Of a stretch of 64,000 bases of DNA, positions 36,918-45,316 are shown in pieces. How positions within the stretch are numbered: position 1 is the stretch's first letter; every line of letters begins with the position of its first letter. Position numbers and translations under genes: made by a program. This DNA comes from an uncultured Verrucomicrobiae bacterium (GTDB lineage Bacteria; Verrucomicrobiota; Verrucomicrobiia; Chthoniobacterales; JAATET01), in NCBI GenBank assembly GCA_963761705.1, contig CAVXHK010000001.1, positions 1,925,218 to 1,989,217 on the forward strand, in the 5' to 3' direction. Under the pieces are notes generated by a model. It ran no database searches. It was not told where the DNA came from and saw nothing but the letters and a program-made list of their open reading frames with translations.

Positions 36918-37022
36918 GCGGGGAACCGTATGGAGTATACGAGATCGATCAAGAATAAAAACGCATAGAACGAAGAGAAAACGCTTGCGCCATATCTCGT
37001 GATGACGTAATTCAATCTGTGT

Positions 37023-37178
37023 CCTGAGGAATCAGGGCAAACAGAACCCCGGTCGTGCTCGAAACACGCCGGGGCTGAAACAAGACCTTATGACCGAAGG
37101 GGATCGCCCCAGCCTGCCCTCCAAAAGCAGGAAGACGAGAACCGGGAGAGGTCCAAACTCTCCGACCAGGTCATAGGG
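37023..37178 (+). ncRNA. Candidate structured non-coding RNA (hand-folded helices)
   Basis: There is no ORF here. Helices: CCTGA/GGAA/TCAGG (37023-36); CCCCGG-CGTG/ctcgaaa/CACG-CCGGGG (37047-74). A 10-bp closing stem, 37086-95 paired with 37169-78, encloses three hairpins (37099-110, 37113-131, 37146-162). Confidence 0.4.
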
Positions 37179-37190
37179 CACCTCATAAAT

Positions 37191-37263
37191 GGGGGCGTAG
37201 GTTAATCGGTAAACCGGCCGGCTCTACACCTTGCAATTGCGGGTCCGAATCCCGTCGCCTCCA
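37191..37263 (+). ncRNA. tRNA-shaped element (Ala-type acceptor, defective anticodon arm); tRNA-like module or tRNA pseudogene
   Basis: 73 nt. Acceptor GGGGGCG/CGCCTCC with G3:U70 and discriminator A. D arm GGTT-AATCGGTA-AACC. T arm GCGGG-TCCGAAT-CCCGT. The anticodon-arm position GCCGG-CTCTACA-CCTTG pairs only 2 bp. No encoded CCA. Confidence 0.4.
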
Positions 37264-37283
37264 TCAATTTGAATAAAGTATGA

Positions 37284-37493
37284 CTATGAAATGTAGGATA
37301 GCAAGAGCTTTTCGAAGAGGGGAGATGCTTTTCCTCCCCATTTCTTGATGGCGCGATCAAGTGTCTCGCCATCTACCGAGATGGAAATTTTGCGCTTTGT
37401 TTGTCCCGCCGGACGACCTGCGCCCTCTCTGGCTCCACCACGGTTTGATTGTTCCCCTACTTTTTTCATTGACCTTTTATTGAAATAGGTCAT
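37284..37493 (-). CDS. Small basic protein, possible DNA-binding regulator (cargo)
   Basis: Internal Met of ORF 37284..37616 (MTYFNKRSMKKVGEQSNRGGAREGAGRPAGQTKRKISISVDGETL...). Divergent from the transposase gene with a ~25-bp spacer. Confidence 0.4.
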   Translation of the reverse strand: MTYFNKRSMKKVGEQSNRGGAREGAGRPAGQTKRKISISVDGETLDRAIKKWGGKASPLFEKLLLSYIS

Positions 37494-37517
37494 ACTTTTA
37501 TCAACTTCAAGCGAAAT

Positions 37518-38345
37518 ATGGCAAACATCCTTTCCACCGAAAAGCAGGCAACAGTCATCGGAGCACTCGCCGAGGGCAACAGCATCCGTTCCATTGAACG
37601 GATGACGGGAATTCACCGAGATACGATCATGCGCCTTGGCGTGCGAGTCGGCCAGTCGTGCGCTACCGTCTTGGACGAGAAGATGCGGAATCTCGATTGC
37701 ACACGGGTTGAGGTTGACGAGATTTGGGGATTTATCGGTAAGAAGCAGGCGAACGTCGGTAAAACCGACAATCGTTCGGAGGTTGGCGACGTTTGGACGT
37801 TCCTAGCCATCGATCCAGACACGAAGCTGATGCCAGCATTCGTGGTCGGGAAGCGCGACAAGTATCACACCCAAGTTTTTATGGATGATCTCGCCTCCCG
37901 TCTCAAAAATCGCATTCAACTTTCCAGCGATGCGATGGGAGCCTATGCCGATGCCGTCGAGCGTTCCTTTGGGGCGGATGTCGACTACTCGCAGATCGTA
38001 AAGCAATACGCATCCCCGGTTGCCGAGGAGCGCCGTAAGTATAGCCCCGCCAAGCTCTCTGCGGTTTTCAAAACCTCTGTTACTGGCGATCCGGTTCCGG
38101 CCCTCGCCTCAACCTCAATGATTGAGCGGGCTAACCTAACCGTTCGGACGCATTGCAAGCGGCTCGCGCGCCTCACGCTGTCATTCTCCAAGAAGAAGGA
38201 GAACTTCGAGGCTGCGATTGCTCTTCATCTGGCGTATTACAACCTCGTGAAGTTCCACGGCACCCTCCGCATGACTCCCGCAATGAAGGCGGGCGTTGAG
38301 GGTTCGGCATGGACCGTGGCCGATCTTGTCGATGCAGCGAAATAA
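37518..38345 (+). CDS. IS1-family transposase
   Basis: 275 aa. N-terminal HTH (GNSIRSIERMTGIHRDTI), then DDE-type blocks VDEIWGFIGKK, VWTFLAIDPDTKL, QLSSDAMGAY, MIERANLTVR. Confidence 0.8.
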   Translation: MANILSTEKQATVIGALAEGNSIRSIERMTGIHRDTIMRLGVRVGQSCATVLDEKMRNLDCTRVEVDEIWGFIGKKQANVGKTDNRSEVGDVWTFLAIDPDTKLMPAFVVGKRDKYHTQVFMDDLASRLKNRIQLSSDAMGAYADAVERSFGADVDYSQIVKQYASPVAEERRKYSPAKLSAVFKTSVTGDPVPALASTSMIERANLTVRTHCKRLARLTLSFSKKKENFEAAIALHLAYYNLVKFHGTLRMTPAMKAGVEGSAWTVADLVDAAK

Positions 38346-38631
38346 TTACATCCGCCAGCTTCAAGACGCGATCCGCTCCGTTCACGGCTGCGAGTCGCGC
38401 CACGCCACTACGAGCCGCGTAGTCTCCCGATTTGAAGGGCAGACGGCTTGGGACGGAGAGGTCGAGACATTTGATCTGGACGGGCATCCAAGGGCCGCAC
38501 GCTGCCATGCGTGGGGCTTCGTTGAGGACGGGCAGCTTCGCTCTACCGCAGTGCTAGAACTCCCCCCGGTCGATTCGCCCTCGACCGCCGTTGACGCTGC
38601 GATTGCGAGCATCGCAAAGGGTAGGAAATGA
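38332..38631 (+). CDS. Hypothetical small protein (cargo)
   Basis: ATG 38332 within listed ORF 38296..38631. Overlaps the transposase stop. No recognisable motif. Confidence 0.3.
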   Translation: MQRNNYIRQLQDAIRSVHGCESRHATTSRVVSRFEGQTAWDGEVETFDLDGHPRAARCHAWGFVEDGQLRSTAVLELPPVDSPSTAVDAAIASIAKGRK

Positions 38632-38834
38632 CGAACGATTGGCTTAACCAGAAGCTGCGTTGCGCTTTCCGAGAACTTCGGAATGTCAAAGATAAGCTGG
38701 AGACGCTTCGCGATGCAGAAACCGACCATCGTGTTCGCAGTATTCCCAAGCAAGCTCTCGAAGATTTGTCGTCCGCGATGGCCGATTTAGAACTAATCGC
38801 CGAGAAAGTGAAAAATTCAACGAATTCAAAATAG
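38628..38834 (+). CDS. Hypothetical small coiled-coil protein (cargo)
   Basis: 68-aa ORF whose ATG overlaps the previous stop (ATGA). It ends at the right inverted repeat. Confidence 0.3.
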   Translation: MTNDWLNQKLRCAFRELRNVKDKLETLRDAETDHRVRSIPKQALEDLSSAMADLELIAEKVKNSTNSK

Positions 38835-38858
38835 GACACTACCGCCTTTCGACTCGAC

Positions 38859-40247
38859 TGTCGCGGTGCGATCAAACCAGGACAGCGTGCGGTCAAAGTA
38901 GGACTGTGTGCGATCAAACCAGGACAGCGCAGATTTTGCGGAGCTGGAGCGGAGCGGAAGCGGAGTAAAATCTGCGCTCGCGCCCATGGAATGGGGTATT
39001 TCGGGGACTTGAAAAAAACTACCAGCAACTCATCGGCCGTCATGCCGCGCCATATATCCGCGATGTCATGGCCCGTTTTCGCAAGGATTCGATCTCGGCA
39101 CATGACGCCCAAGGCGAACTCGGTCTGAGTCGAAGTCGATTTTACGTTCTCTACAGCGACTATTTGAAGGCATGTGCCGGGCGCACCCAGCGTTCATGGG
39201 CCCCTGGGCAGTCCGGCGGCAATCATCACCGAGCGTGGCCCGAGGAGGTTTGCCAGCTCCTCACCAAGCTTCTGCAAGCGCGCCCGCCAGCCTCGTATGC
39301 CTTCGCCGCGGACGAAGTTCATCGCCGCCACCAGCTCAAGATTGATCGTGCCAGTGTGCGGCGCTGGGCGCTGTCCCGTGGACTCGGACCGGACACCCGA
39401 TACAAGGCAGCACGCAAACCCGTGCGGCGTTGGCAGGTCCAGCAAATCGGCCAGCTCTGGCAGTATGACGCTTCTCCGCACCGCTGGTTTGGCCCCGCCC
39501 ATCAACCCGCTCATTTGCTGGAAATCATCGACGATCACAGCCGGGTTGTTCCCGGTGCGCAGATCTACGCGCGCGAGTCTCTGCTCGCTCATCTCGACTT
39601 TCTTTCGGGCGCGTTCCGCGCCTACGGACTACCTCTGGCCCTCTACGTCGATTACCACTCCTTCTTTTTTACCAACACTCCCGAAGCCTTCACTCAACTT
39701 GGGGCCGCTCTTCGTTTTTACGACGTCTCGCTGCGCTTTGCACCCACTCCCCAAGCCAAGGGCAAGATCGAACGCCTCCACGACTATTGGCAGAAGCGGC
39801 TGCCTGCCGTCTTCGCGGCCGAGGCGATCACCACCCTGCCCGCCGCCAACGCTCTGTTGGCCCGACTCCTGGACCACCGCAACCAGCACGAAAAACACCG
39901 CGAAATTGCTTCAACTCCCGACGCCGCGTGGAAGCTGGCTCTGCGCGAGAAACGCTCGGCCCTACGTCCCGTTCCCGCCTGTCCGTGGTGGCCTTACGTC
40001 TGGAGCCAACGATCCAACGCCCGCGTCGAGCCTGATGGTCGAATCTCCCTCCCGGGACAACGTCTGCGAATCGACAAACCGCCCGGTTCCAAGGTCATTC
40101 GCTGCCTCCATCCCAACGGCGACTTCTCTATCCTCGACGCGGCTCCAGCCAAGAAATCCAAACCCCTCGTCCTTCTCCATTGCCCGGCTTCCAAACCTGT
40201 CCTGCTTTGATCGCACGCTTTTGTCCTGGTTTGAAATCCTCACCACA
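38859..40247 (+). mobile_element. IS481-like insertion sequence (copy B, apparently intact)
   Basis: A 16-bp direct repeat CGCCTTTCGACTCGAC occurs at 38843-38858 and 40248-40263. The ends are TGTCGCGGTGCGATCAAACCAGGACA and TGTGGTGAGGATTTCAAACCAGGACA (second as reverse complement). Subterminal CAAACCAGGACA-type motifs are repeated at both ends. Confidence 0.8.
39068..40210 (+). CDS. IS481-family DDE (rve) transposase
   Basis: 380-aa uninterrupted ORF with motifs LWQYDASPHRWF, IIDDHSR, YVDYHS, TPQAKGKIERLH. Confidence 0.85.
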   Translation: MARFRKDSISAHDAQGELGLSRSRFYVLYSDYLKACAGRTQRSWAPGQSGGNHHRAWPEEVCQLLTKLLQARPPASYAFAADEVHRRHQLKIDRASVRRWALSRGLGPDTRYKAARKPVRRWQVQQIGQLWQYDASPHRWFGPAHQPAHLLEIIDDHSRVVPGAQIYARESLLAHLDFLSGAFRAYGLPLALYVDYHSFFFTNTPEAFTQLGAALRFYDVSLRFAPTPQAKGKIERLHDYWQKRLPAVFAAEAITTLPAANALLARLLDHRNQHEKHREIASTPDAAWKLALREKRSALRPVPACPWWPYVWSQRSNARVEPDGRISLPGQRLRIDKPPGSKVIRCLHPNGDFSILDAAPAKKSKPLVLLHCPASKPVLL

Positions 40248-40321
40248 CGCCTTTCGACTCGACTTGCGGTGCATGGGTGGGGACGTTACCTGGCGTCGCC
40301 AACTTGGGGTAAAATTAACTT

Positions 40322-41092
40322 ATGTTCAGACGTCTTGGTAATCTCGTGCGGGGCTTTGTCAGCCTATTCATCGGAGGCTTGGAAAAGCAAAACCCGGAGG
40401 CGCTGCTCGAAGTCGAGAAGGAGAACTTGCGGGCGCAGGTCTCGCGTTACAACGAAGGACTCGCCGCTCACGCGGGGTTGTGTGAGCGGCTGATTTCGCA
40501 GGTGAAAAAGCTCGAGACTGAGGAGCGTGAGTTGCGGGCTCGGACGACCGCTCTTTTGCGGGCAGGGAACCGGGATCTGGCGGCGCAGAATGCTTTGCGC
40601 CTGCAGACGATCACGCGGGAATTGACGGAGAACCGGACCCAGGTTGGCGAGGCGGAGAAGACTTACCAAGAATTGCTGCGGGCACGAGACGTGTCGATCA
40701 AGGAAGCGAAGTCGAAGATCGAGGCCCTCAAGTTCGGTCTCAACGATCTGAAGATGAAAAAAGCGCAGGCCGAGCTAACCGAGATGGCGTCCGGGATGAT
40801 CGGGCAGCTGGGTGGCTCGGGTGACACGTTGGATCGCCTGCACTCGATGGTGGAAGAGGAGCGGGAGAAGGCGTCGGGCCGGGCGCGGGTGGCGCGGGAT
40901 AGCGTGATGACGCCGGAGATCCAGATGAAGGAGGCCGAGCAGACGGCACTCGCGGACCTGGCTTTGGCGGATTTCGCGGCGGCGGAGGGAATTGCGATGG
41001 AGGACGCGGGTGGCGTCTCCTCGGGAAGTGATGGCGGCGGGGGATCGACCGAGACGACAAAGTCAATGGGGCCCGACGCGCAGGCGCAGTGA
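40322..41092 (+). CDS. pspA: PspA/IM30 (phage shock protein A) family protein
   Basis: 256 aa, long coiled coil. Begins MFRRLGNLVRGFVSLFIGGLEKQNPEALLE..., typical of PspA/Vipp1. Confidence 0.8.
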   Translation: MFRRLGNLVRGFVSLFIGGLEKQNPEALLEVEKENLRAQVSRYNEGLAAHAGLCERLISQVKKLETEERELRARTTALLRAGNRDLAAQNALRLQTITRELTENRTQVGEAEKTYQELLRARDVSIKEAKSKIEALKFGLNDLKMKKAQAELTEMASGMIGQLGGSGDTLDRLHSMVEEEREKASGRARVARDSVMTPEIQMKEAEQTALADLALADFAAAEGIAMEDAGGVSSGSDGGGGSTETTKSMGPDAQAQ

Positions 41093-41168
41093 GGATGAGA
41101 GATGTGATCCGCTTCGCGGATTTTGGCCGGTTCGGCGATGGGACGTCGCCGCTCTTTGAGGGGGCAGC

Positions 41169-42812
41169 GTGAATCAAGCGTTACCGGAATGGGCTGGGGA
41201 GGTGGTGTCGGCTTACGAGAGTGGCGCGGCGAGTCAGTTTATCCTGTATGGGAATATCCATGATCGCTTTTTTCTCGGGGCGGAGCGGACGCCCGCGATG
41301 GGGAGTTTACGGGATTTTTTTCTGTCGATTCTGCTGCCGAAGTTTGACGTCGTTTTGAGCTACGACCTCGGAAACGGGATCCGGGTCGAGCGGGGCGGGG
41401 ACGAGTTTGCGAAGTGGCCGCCGATCGGGGATGCGCCGAGCCTGCCGAAGGCACCGCGGGCGGCGGTCGAGACGCTGACGCATTATTTTCGCTATTGCTC
41501 GAATCTGACGGCGCTGGGGCGGCCCGCCCCGCAGGTTGCGTTGATCGTGAGCGCGGCGAGTCTGGTCGCTCCGGCGGTGCCGGGTGCTCTCAACTACGAT
41601 TTGAGCGCGATTGCATTGCTGATGCGGGAGTGGAGCCAGGATGCGCGGCTGACTTCGCACGCGCTGGCGACGTTTCTGCTGTCGGAGAATCTCAATGATC
41701 TGCATCCGCTTTTGGTGAGCAATCCGGCGGCGGTGTCGGTGAAGATTCCGCTGCCCGCGCCGAGTGAGCTGGCGGGGGCTTTCGCGTACCTGGCCCCGAG
41801 TTACCCGGTGGCGCTGGGGGGATATTCCGGGGAATTGGACGCGTTGTCGGTTCAGCTGCGGGGGGCCTCCTTCAACGCGATTGAGAGCCGGTTGCGGCGG
41901 TGGGAGCACGCGGGTGAGGAGCTGGGGACGAAGGATTTGGTCGCGATGCGGCGGAAGATCGTGGAGCGCGAGTGCGACGGTTTGATCGAGTTTATCGAGC
42001 CGACGCGCTCGCTGGACGACGTGTACGGTCAGCCGAAATTGAAGGAGGTGCTGCGGCAGGATTTTGCGCTGTGGCGGACAAACGACTTGCGAGCGCTGCC
42101 GATGGGTTATCTCGTTTGCGGGCCGGTGGGGACGGGGAAGACTTATCTCGTTGAGTGTTTGGCCGGAGAGGCGGGGGTGCCGGTGGTGAAGCTTAAAAAT
42201 TTCCGCGACAAGTGGGTGGGGAGCACGGAGGGGAACTTGGAGAAAATTTTTCGGCTGTTGCAAGCTTTGGGGCGGTGTTTTGTCTTCGTAGACGAGGCGG
42301 ATCAGGTGCTTGGTCGGCGTGATGCGTCGGGAAACGACGGGGGACTATCGGGGCGAATCTATTCGATGTTCGCAACCGAGATGAGCAATTCGGCGAACCG
42401 GGGGAAGGTCGTGTGGGTGCTGGCGACGAGTCGGCCGGATCTGGTCGAGGTGGATCTCAAACGACCCGGGCGGATCGACGTGAAGGTGCCGATCTTTCCG
42501 ACGACAACGGCGCGGGAGGCGTTTGACCTGTTGCGGGCTCTGTGTCGGCGGCGGGAAGTCGAGATTGCGGAAGAAAATTTTGCGGAAATCGAGCCGCTGC
42601 TGCCGGGGTTGTTGACGCCGGGAGCGGCCGATGCGCTGGCGGTGAAGATCTACCGGGTGGCGAAGTTGGGGGGACTCGAGCCAGTCGAGGCGGTGAAGCG
42701 CTGTCTCGACGGGTATCAGCACCCGGTGCCGGTGGAGGTGCTGGAAGCGCAGATCCGGCTGGCGGTCGCGGAGGCAAGCGACATGGAGTTTGTGCCGGAG
42801 ATTTTTCGGTAG
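41169..42812 (+). CDS. AAA+ ATPase (classic AAA clade) with a degenerate N-terminal domain
   Basis: 547 aa. Walker A GPVGTGKT, Walker B FVFVDEAD, second region of homology ATSRPDLVEVDLKRPGRID. The N-terminal ~290 aa have no P-loop (FILYGNIHDRF). Confidence 0.8.
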   Translation: MNQALPEWAGEVVSAYESGAASQFILYGNIHDRFFLGAERTPAMGSLRDFFLSILLPKFDVVLSYDLGNGIRVERGGDEFAKWPPIGDAPSLPKAPRAAVETLTHYFRYCSNLTALGRPAPQVALIVSAASLVAPAVPGALNYDLSAIALLMREWSQDARLTSHALATFLLSENLNDLHPLLVSNPAAVSVKIPLPAPSELAGAFAYLAPSYPVALGGYSGELDALSVQLRGASFNAIESRLRRWEHAGEELGTKDLVAMRRKIVERECDGLIEFIEPTRSLDDVYGQPKLKEVLRQDFALWRTNDLRALPMGYLVCGPVGTGKTYLVECLAGEAGVPVVKLKNFRDKWVGSTEGNLEKIFRLLQALGRCFVFVDEADQVLGRRDASGNDGGLSGRIYSMFATEMSNSANRGKVVWVLATSRPDLVEVDLKRPGRIDVKVPIFPTTTAREAFDLLRALCRRREVEIAEENFAEIEPLLPGLLTPGAADALAVKIYRVAKLGGLEPVEAVKRCLDGYQHPVPVEVLEAQIRLAVAEASDMEFVPEIFR

Positions 42813-42938
42813 TTGCTACCGCGGCTGACCCGGGTGGGACTTCGGGTCCGCGCGGAGAAGCGCAGGTCACGACGGTCTCAGCACCGCCACGTCGACGAGT
42901 CTCCTGACGTCGACTTCGACGGTGAGCAGTCGGACGGA

Positions 42939-44459
42939 TTATTCGCCGACGAGCGTGATCCGGGCGCGGCGAGCGCGGCGTTCCCAAGCGCGTTGGCTTT
43001 GGCCGGAGATGCGCTCCGGTGGGTTGGTGCCGCCGACTCCCACCGTGTGGATGCGCTCGCCGGGGATGGCGCACTCCCAGCGGAGAAATTGCTTCACGGC
43101 GTCAGCACGCTGCTCGGAGAGGGCGCGGTCGGCGTCGGGGTCGTCGCTCGGGGAGACGTGGGCCTCGACGACGACGCGGTAGTCGGGGTAGTGCGCGAGC
43201 TTGGGGGCGGCACGCCGGACGGCGTCCTGAAAGTCGTCGGGGATCTGAATCGAGCCGGGGCGGAAGGTGATGGGTTCGTCGAGGAGGGTGCCTTTAACCT
43301 TGGAGGTAATCTGTTCCCATTCGGCGTCGGAGAGAGCGGGGTAGGAAGCCGTCGCCGCCGGTTGGGCGACGATGAGCGGAGCGATGGCTTGGCGGTCGGT
43401 GGCGACGTCCGCGATGGTGCCGCGGTAGAGGAGGCTTAGTGGGTCGTTGCGCGGGATCGTGACGCGCTGGCCGCCGTCGGCGAGGATGCTGCCGATGGAT
43501 TCGATGCTCTCGACGAGCGTGGGGGCGGACGTCGAGCTGAGCCAGTCGGTGGCGTTTTCGTCGAGGGAAGTGAAGCGGATGCCGGCAAGCATGAGGTCGG
43601 CTTCTTCGGGGGATTTGCCGGAATCTTTGGCGGCGACGGCGCGGAGCTTGTCGGGTTGATTGAGGAGGTCGTGAAGGGTCGCGAAGTAGGTGAGGGTGAA
43701 GGTTTCGGCGAGGTCGGGGTCGTCCGCGAGAACGCGGCGGGAAGCGAGGCAGAGGTCGACGATGAGGCCGCGGGCCTGCTTGGTGTCGACGAGGATGTGC
43801 GCGCCGTCGACGCCGGCGAGGGTCTGGGAGACGAAGGGTTCCCAGAGGACGGCAAAGTCGACTTCGCCCTTCGCGAAGGCCTGGCTGGCGGCCTCGGCGG
43901 TGGGGACACGCATGCCAGCGAGACGAGGTCGGAGGGCGTCAAGTTGGAAGTGGGAGGTCTGGGATTTGAGGAGAAACTCGGATGGTGAATCGCCGACGAA
44001 GGCACCGCGAACCTCGGGTTGGTTGAGGGTGTCGATGTTCGTGAGATCGGCGTCGCCGATGACGGCGTCGCCGCCGAAGGATTCGTCGATCACGAAGATG
44101 GCGGAGCCGGGCCAGTCGCTGGCCGCCCCGCTCACGAGATAGCTGTCGAGAGTCAGGACAATGAACTCGGCGGTGCCGTCGCGGAGGGCGCGAATGCGTT
44201 TTTCAAAGTCGGGTTCGACCTCGAATCTGACGCGGATTCCCGCTCGGGCCATGCGGTTCTGGAAGTCGCCGGAGCGGATGACGAGGTAGCCGAGCCAGTC
44301 GTCGCCGAGAACGGTGATGGTGCGGGTGGTGGGGATGGCGTCACTCGTGCGTTCGACGAGGTCGTCCCACTGGTTGCGCTCCCGCCACGGCTCCGAAACG
44401 CCCCAGAGCACCATCCCGAGGGTGGCGATAATGATGAGGGCAGTGAGCCATTTTTTCAT
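42939..44459 (-). CDS. Membrane-anchored periplasmic-binding-like protein with a C-terminal OmpA-like domain
   Basis: 506 aa. N-terminal TM, SBP-like middle and a C-terminal OmpA_C-like segment (VVEAHVSPSDDPDADRALSEQRADAVKQFL). Assigned from memory of the motifs. Confidence 0.55.
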   Translation of the reverse strand: MKKWLTALIIIATLGMVLWGVSEPWRERNQWDDLVERTSDAIPTTRTITVLGDDWLGYLVIRSGDFQNRMARAGIRVRFEVEPDFEKRIRALRDGTAEFIVLTLDSYLVSGAASDWPGSAIFVIDESFGGDAVIGDADLTNIDTLNQPEVRGAFVGDSPSEFLLKSQTSHFQLDALRPRLAGMRVPTAEAASQAFAKGEVDFAVLWEPFVSQTLAGVDGAHILVDTKQARGLIVDLCLASRRVLADDPDLAETFTLTYFATLHDLLNQPDKLRAVAAKDSGKSPEEADLMLAGIRFTSLDENATDWLSSTSAPTLVESIESIGSILADGGQRVTIPRNDPLSLLYRGTIADVATDRQAIAPLIVAQPAATASYPALSDAEWEQITSKVKGTLLDEPITFRPGSIQIPDDFQDAVRRAAPKLAHYPDYRVVVEAHVSPSDDPDADRALSEQRADAVKQFLRWECAIPGERIHTVGVGGTNPPERISGQSQRAWERRARRARITLVGE

Positions 44460-44465
44460 CCGAGG

Positions 44466-45308
44466 TCAGCGCTTCTTCTTCTTCTTGCGAAGGACGAAGC
44501 GAATGATGCCGTAGACGATTACGGCGAAAATGATCCACGTGAACGACGGGCCTTCGCTCTCGGTGGTCGATTCATTCGATCGGGCGGAGGTCGGCTCCGG
44601 GTCGGCGGGGGCGATGTCGGTGGTCGAGACCGTCTTCATGGCCTCGGCGATCTCGGGGGAGATGACGATGTCGCTGGTGTCGCCGATTTCGGAATCGACC
44701 GTTGCGAGTCCGGCGCGGAGTTCGTCGGTGTTGGCCGCGTCGAAGTAGCGGGTCGAGGAGCGCTTCAAATAATCGCCCTGGCCGTGGAAACCGATGCCAA
44801 CGGCTTCGATCCCGGAGCTGGTCGCCGCGGACACTTCCTCTTCGACGCCCTTGGCGCCGCGGGACGTGCTGTCCTCGCCGTCGGTGAAGACAAGAAGGAC
44901 GTGGCGCTCAAAGGGGCGGTCGGCTTTGCGCTCGGCGATGGTGCGGCGGGCGAGCTCGATGGTGTTGGCGAGCGGGGTGCCGCCGGTGGCCGGGATGCGG
45001 GCAACCGCGTCGGCGACCTCGCTCTTGTTGTTGCGCTGCCAGTCGACGAGTTGACCGGCGTTGAGGCCGATGAGGCCGATGCGGTGATTGTCGGGGACGG
45101 TGGTGAGCCAATCCCGGAACGCGCGTTTGGCTTGGTCAAGCTTGTCGCCGCGCATGGAGCCGGAGTCGTCGAAGAGGATCGTGATGACGGTGCCACTCTG
45201 CTCGAGGCGCTCGGCTTCGAGGGCGTCCGGAACGGCTTTGGGAGTTGATTGACCGACGAGATTTGGGAGCGCGGCGGCGAAAGCGAGAGCGAGGATCGGG
45301 ATACGCAT
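44466..45308 (-). CDS. von Willebrand factor A domain protein with a C-terminal TM anchor
   Basis: 280 aa. Signal peptide, MIDAS motif ILFDDSGSM with ...TGGTPL...FTDGED, a C-terminal hydrophobic helix and a KKKKKR tail. Confidence 0.8.
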   Translation of the reverse strand: MRIPILALAFAAALPNLVGQSTPKAVPDALEAERLEQSGTVITILFDDSGSMRGDKLDQAKRAFRDWLTTVPDNHRIGLIGLNAGQLVDWQRNNKSEVADAVARIPATGGTPLANTIELARRTIAERKADRPFERHVLLVFTDGEDSTSRGAKGVEEEVSAATSSGIEAVGIGFHGQGDYLKRSSTRYFDAANTDELRAGLATVDSEIGDTSDIVISPEIAEAMKTVSTTDIAPADPEPTSARSNESTTESEGPSFTWIIFAVIVYGIIRFVLRKKKKKR

Positions 45309-45316
45309 GGGAGAAA

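Larger units (their letters stand above)
36034..38843 (+). mobile_element. IS1-family (IS1595-like) element, 2.8 kb, with cargo
   Basis: The terminal inverted repeats are GGTAGTGTCCTAGTTTGAGT (36034-36053) and GGTAGTGTCCTATTTTGAAT (reverse complement of 38824-38843), 18/20 matching with the first 12 perfect. They are flanked by an 8-bp direct repeat GCCTTTCG (36026-36033 and 38844-38851). Contains an IS1-type transposase gene. Visibly lower GC than the flanks. Confidence 0.65.

Noticed and set aside
37191-37263. The tRNA-shaped element called as a functional tRNA-Ala, or as an amber suppressor. CTA occupies the anticodon position in the standard 73-nt register.
   Set aside because: The anticodon stem can form only 2 of 5 pairs. 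Position 37 is C. The T loop reads TCCGAAT instead of TTCGAAT. The alternative CTTGCAA (TGC) loop leaves no room for a 3' anticodon stem and variable loop. It is kept only as a tRNA-like module or pseudogene.
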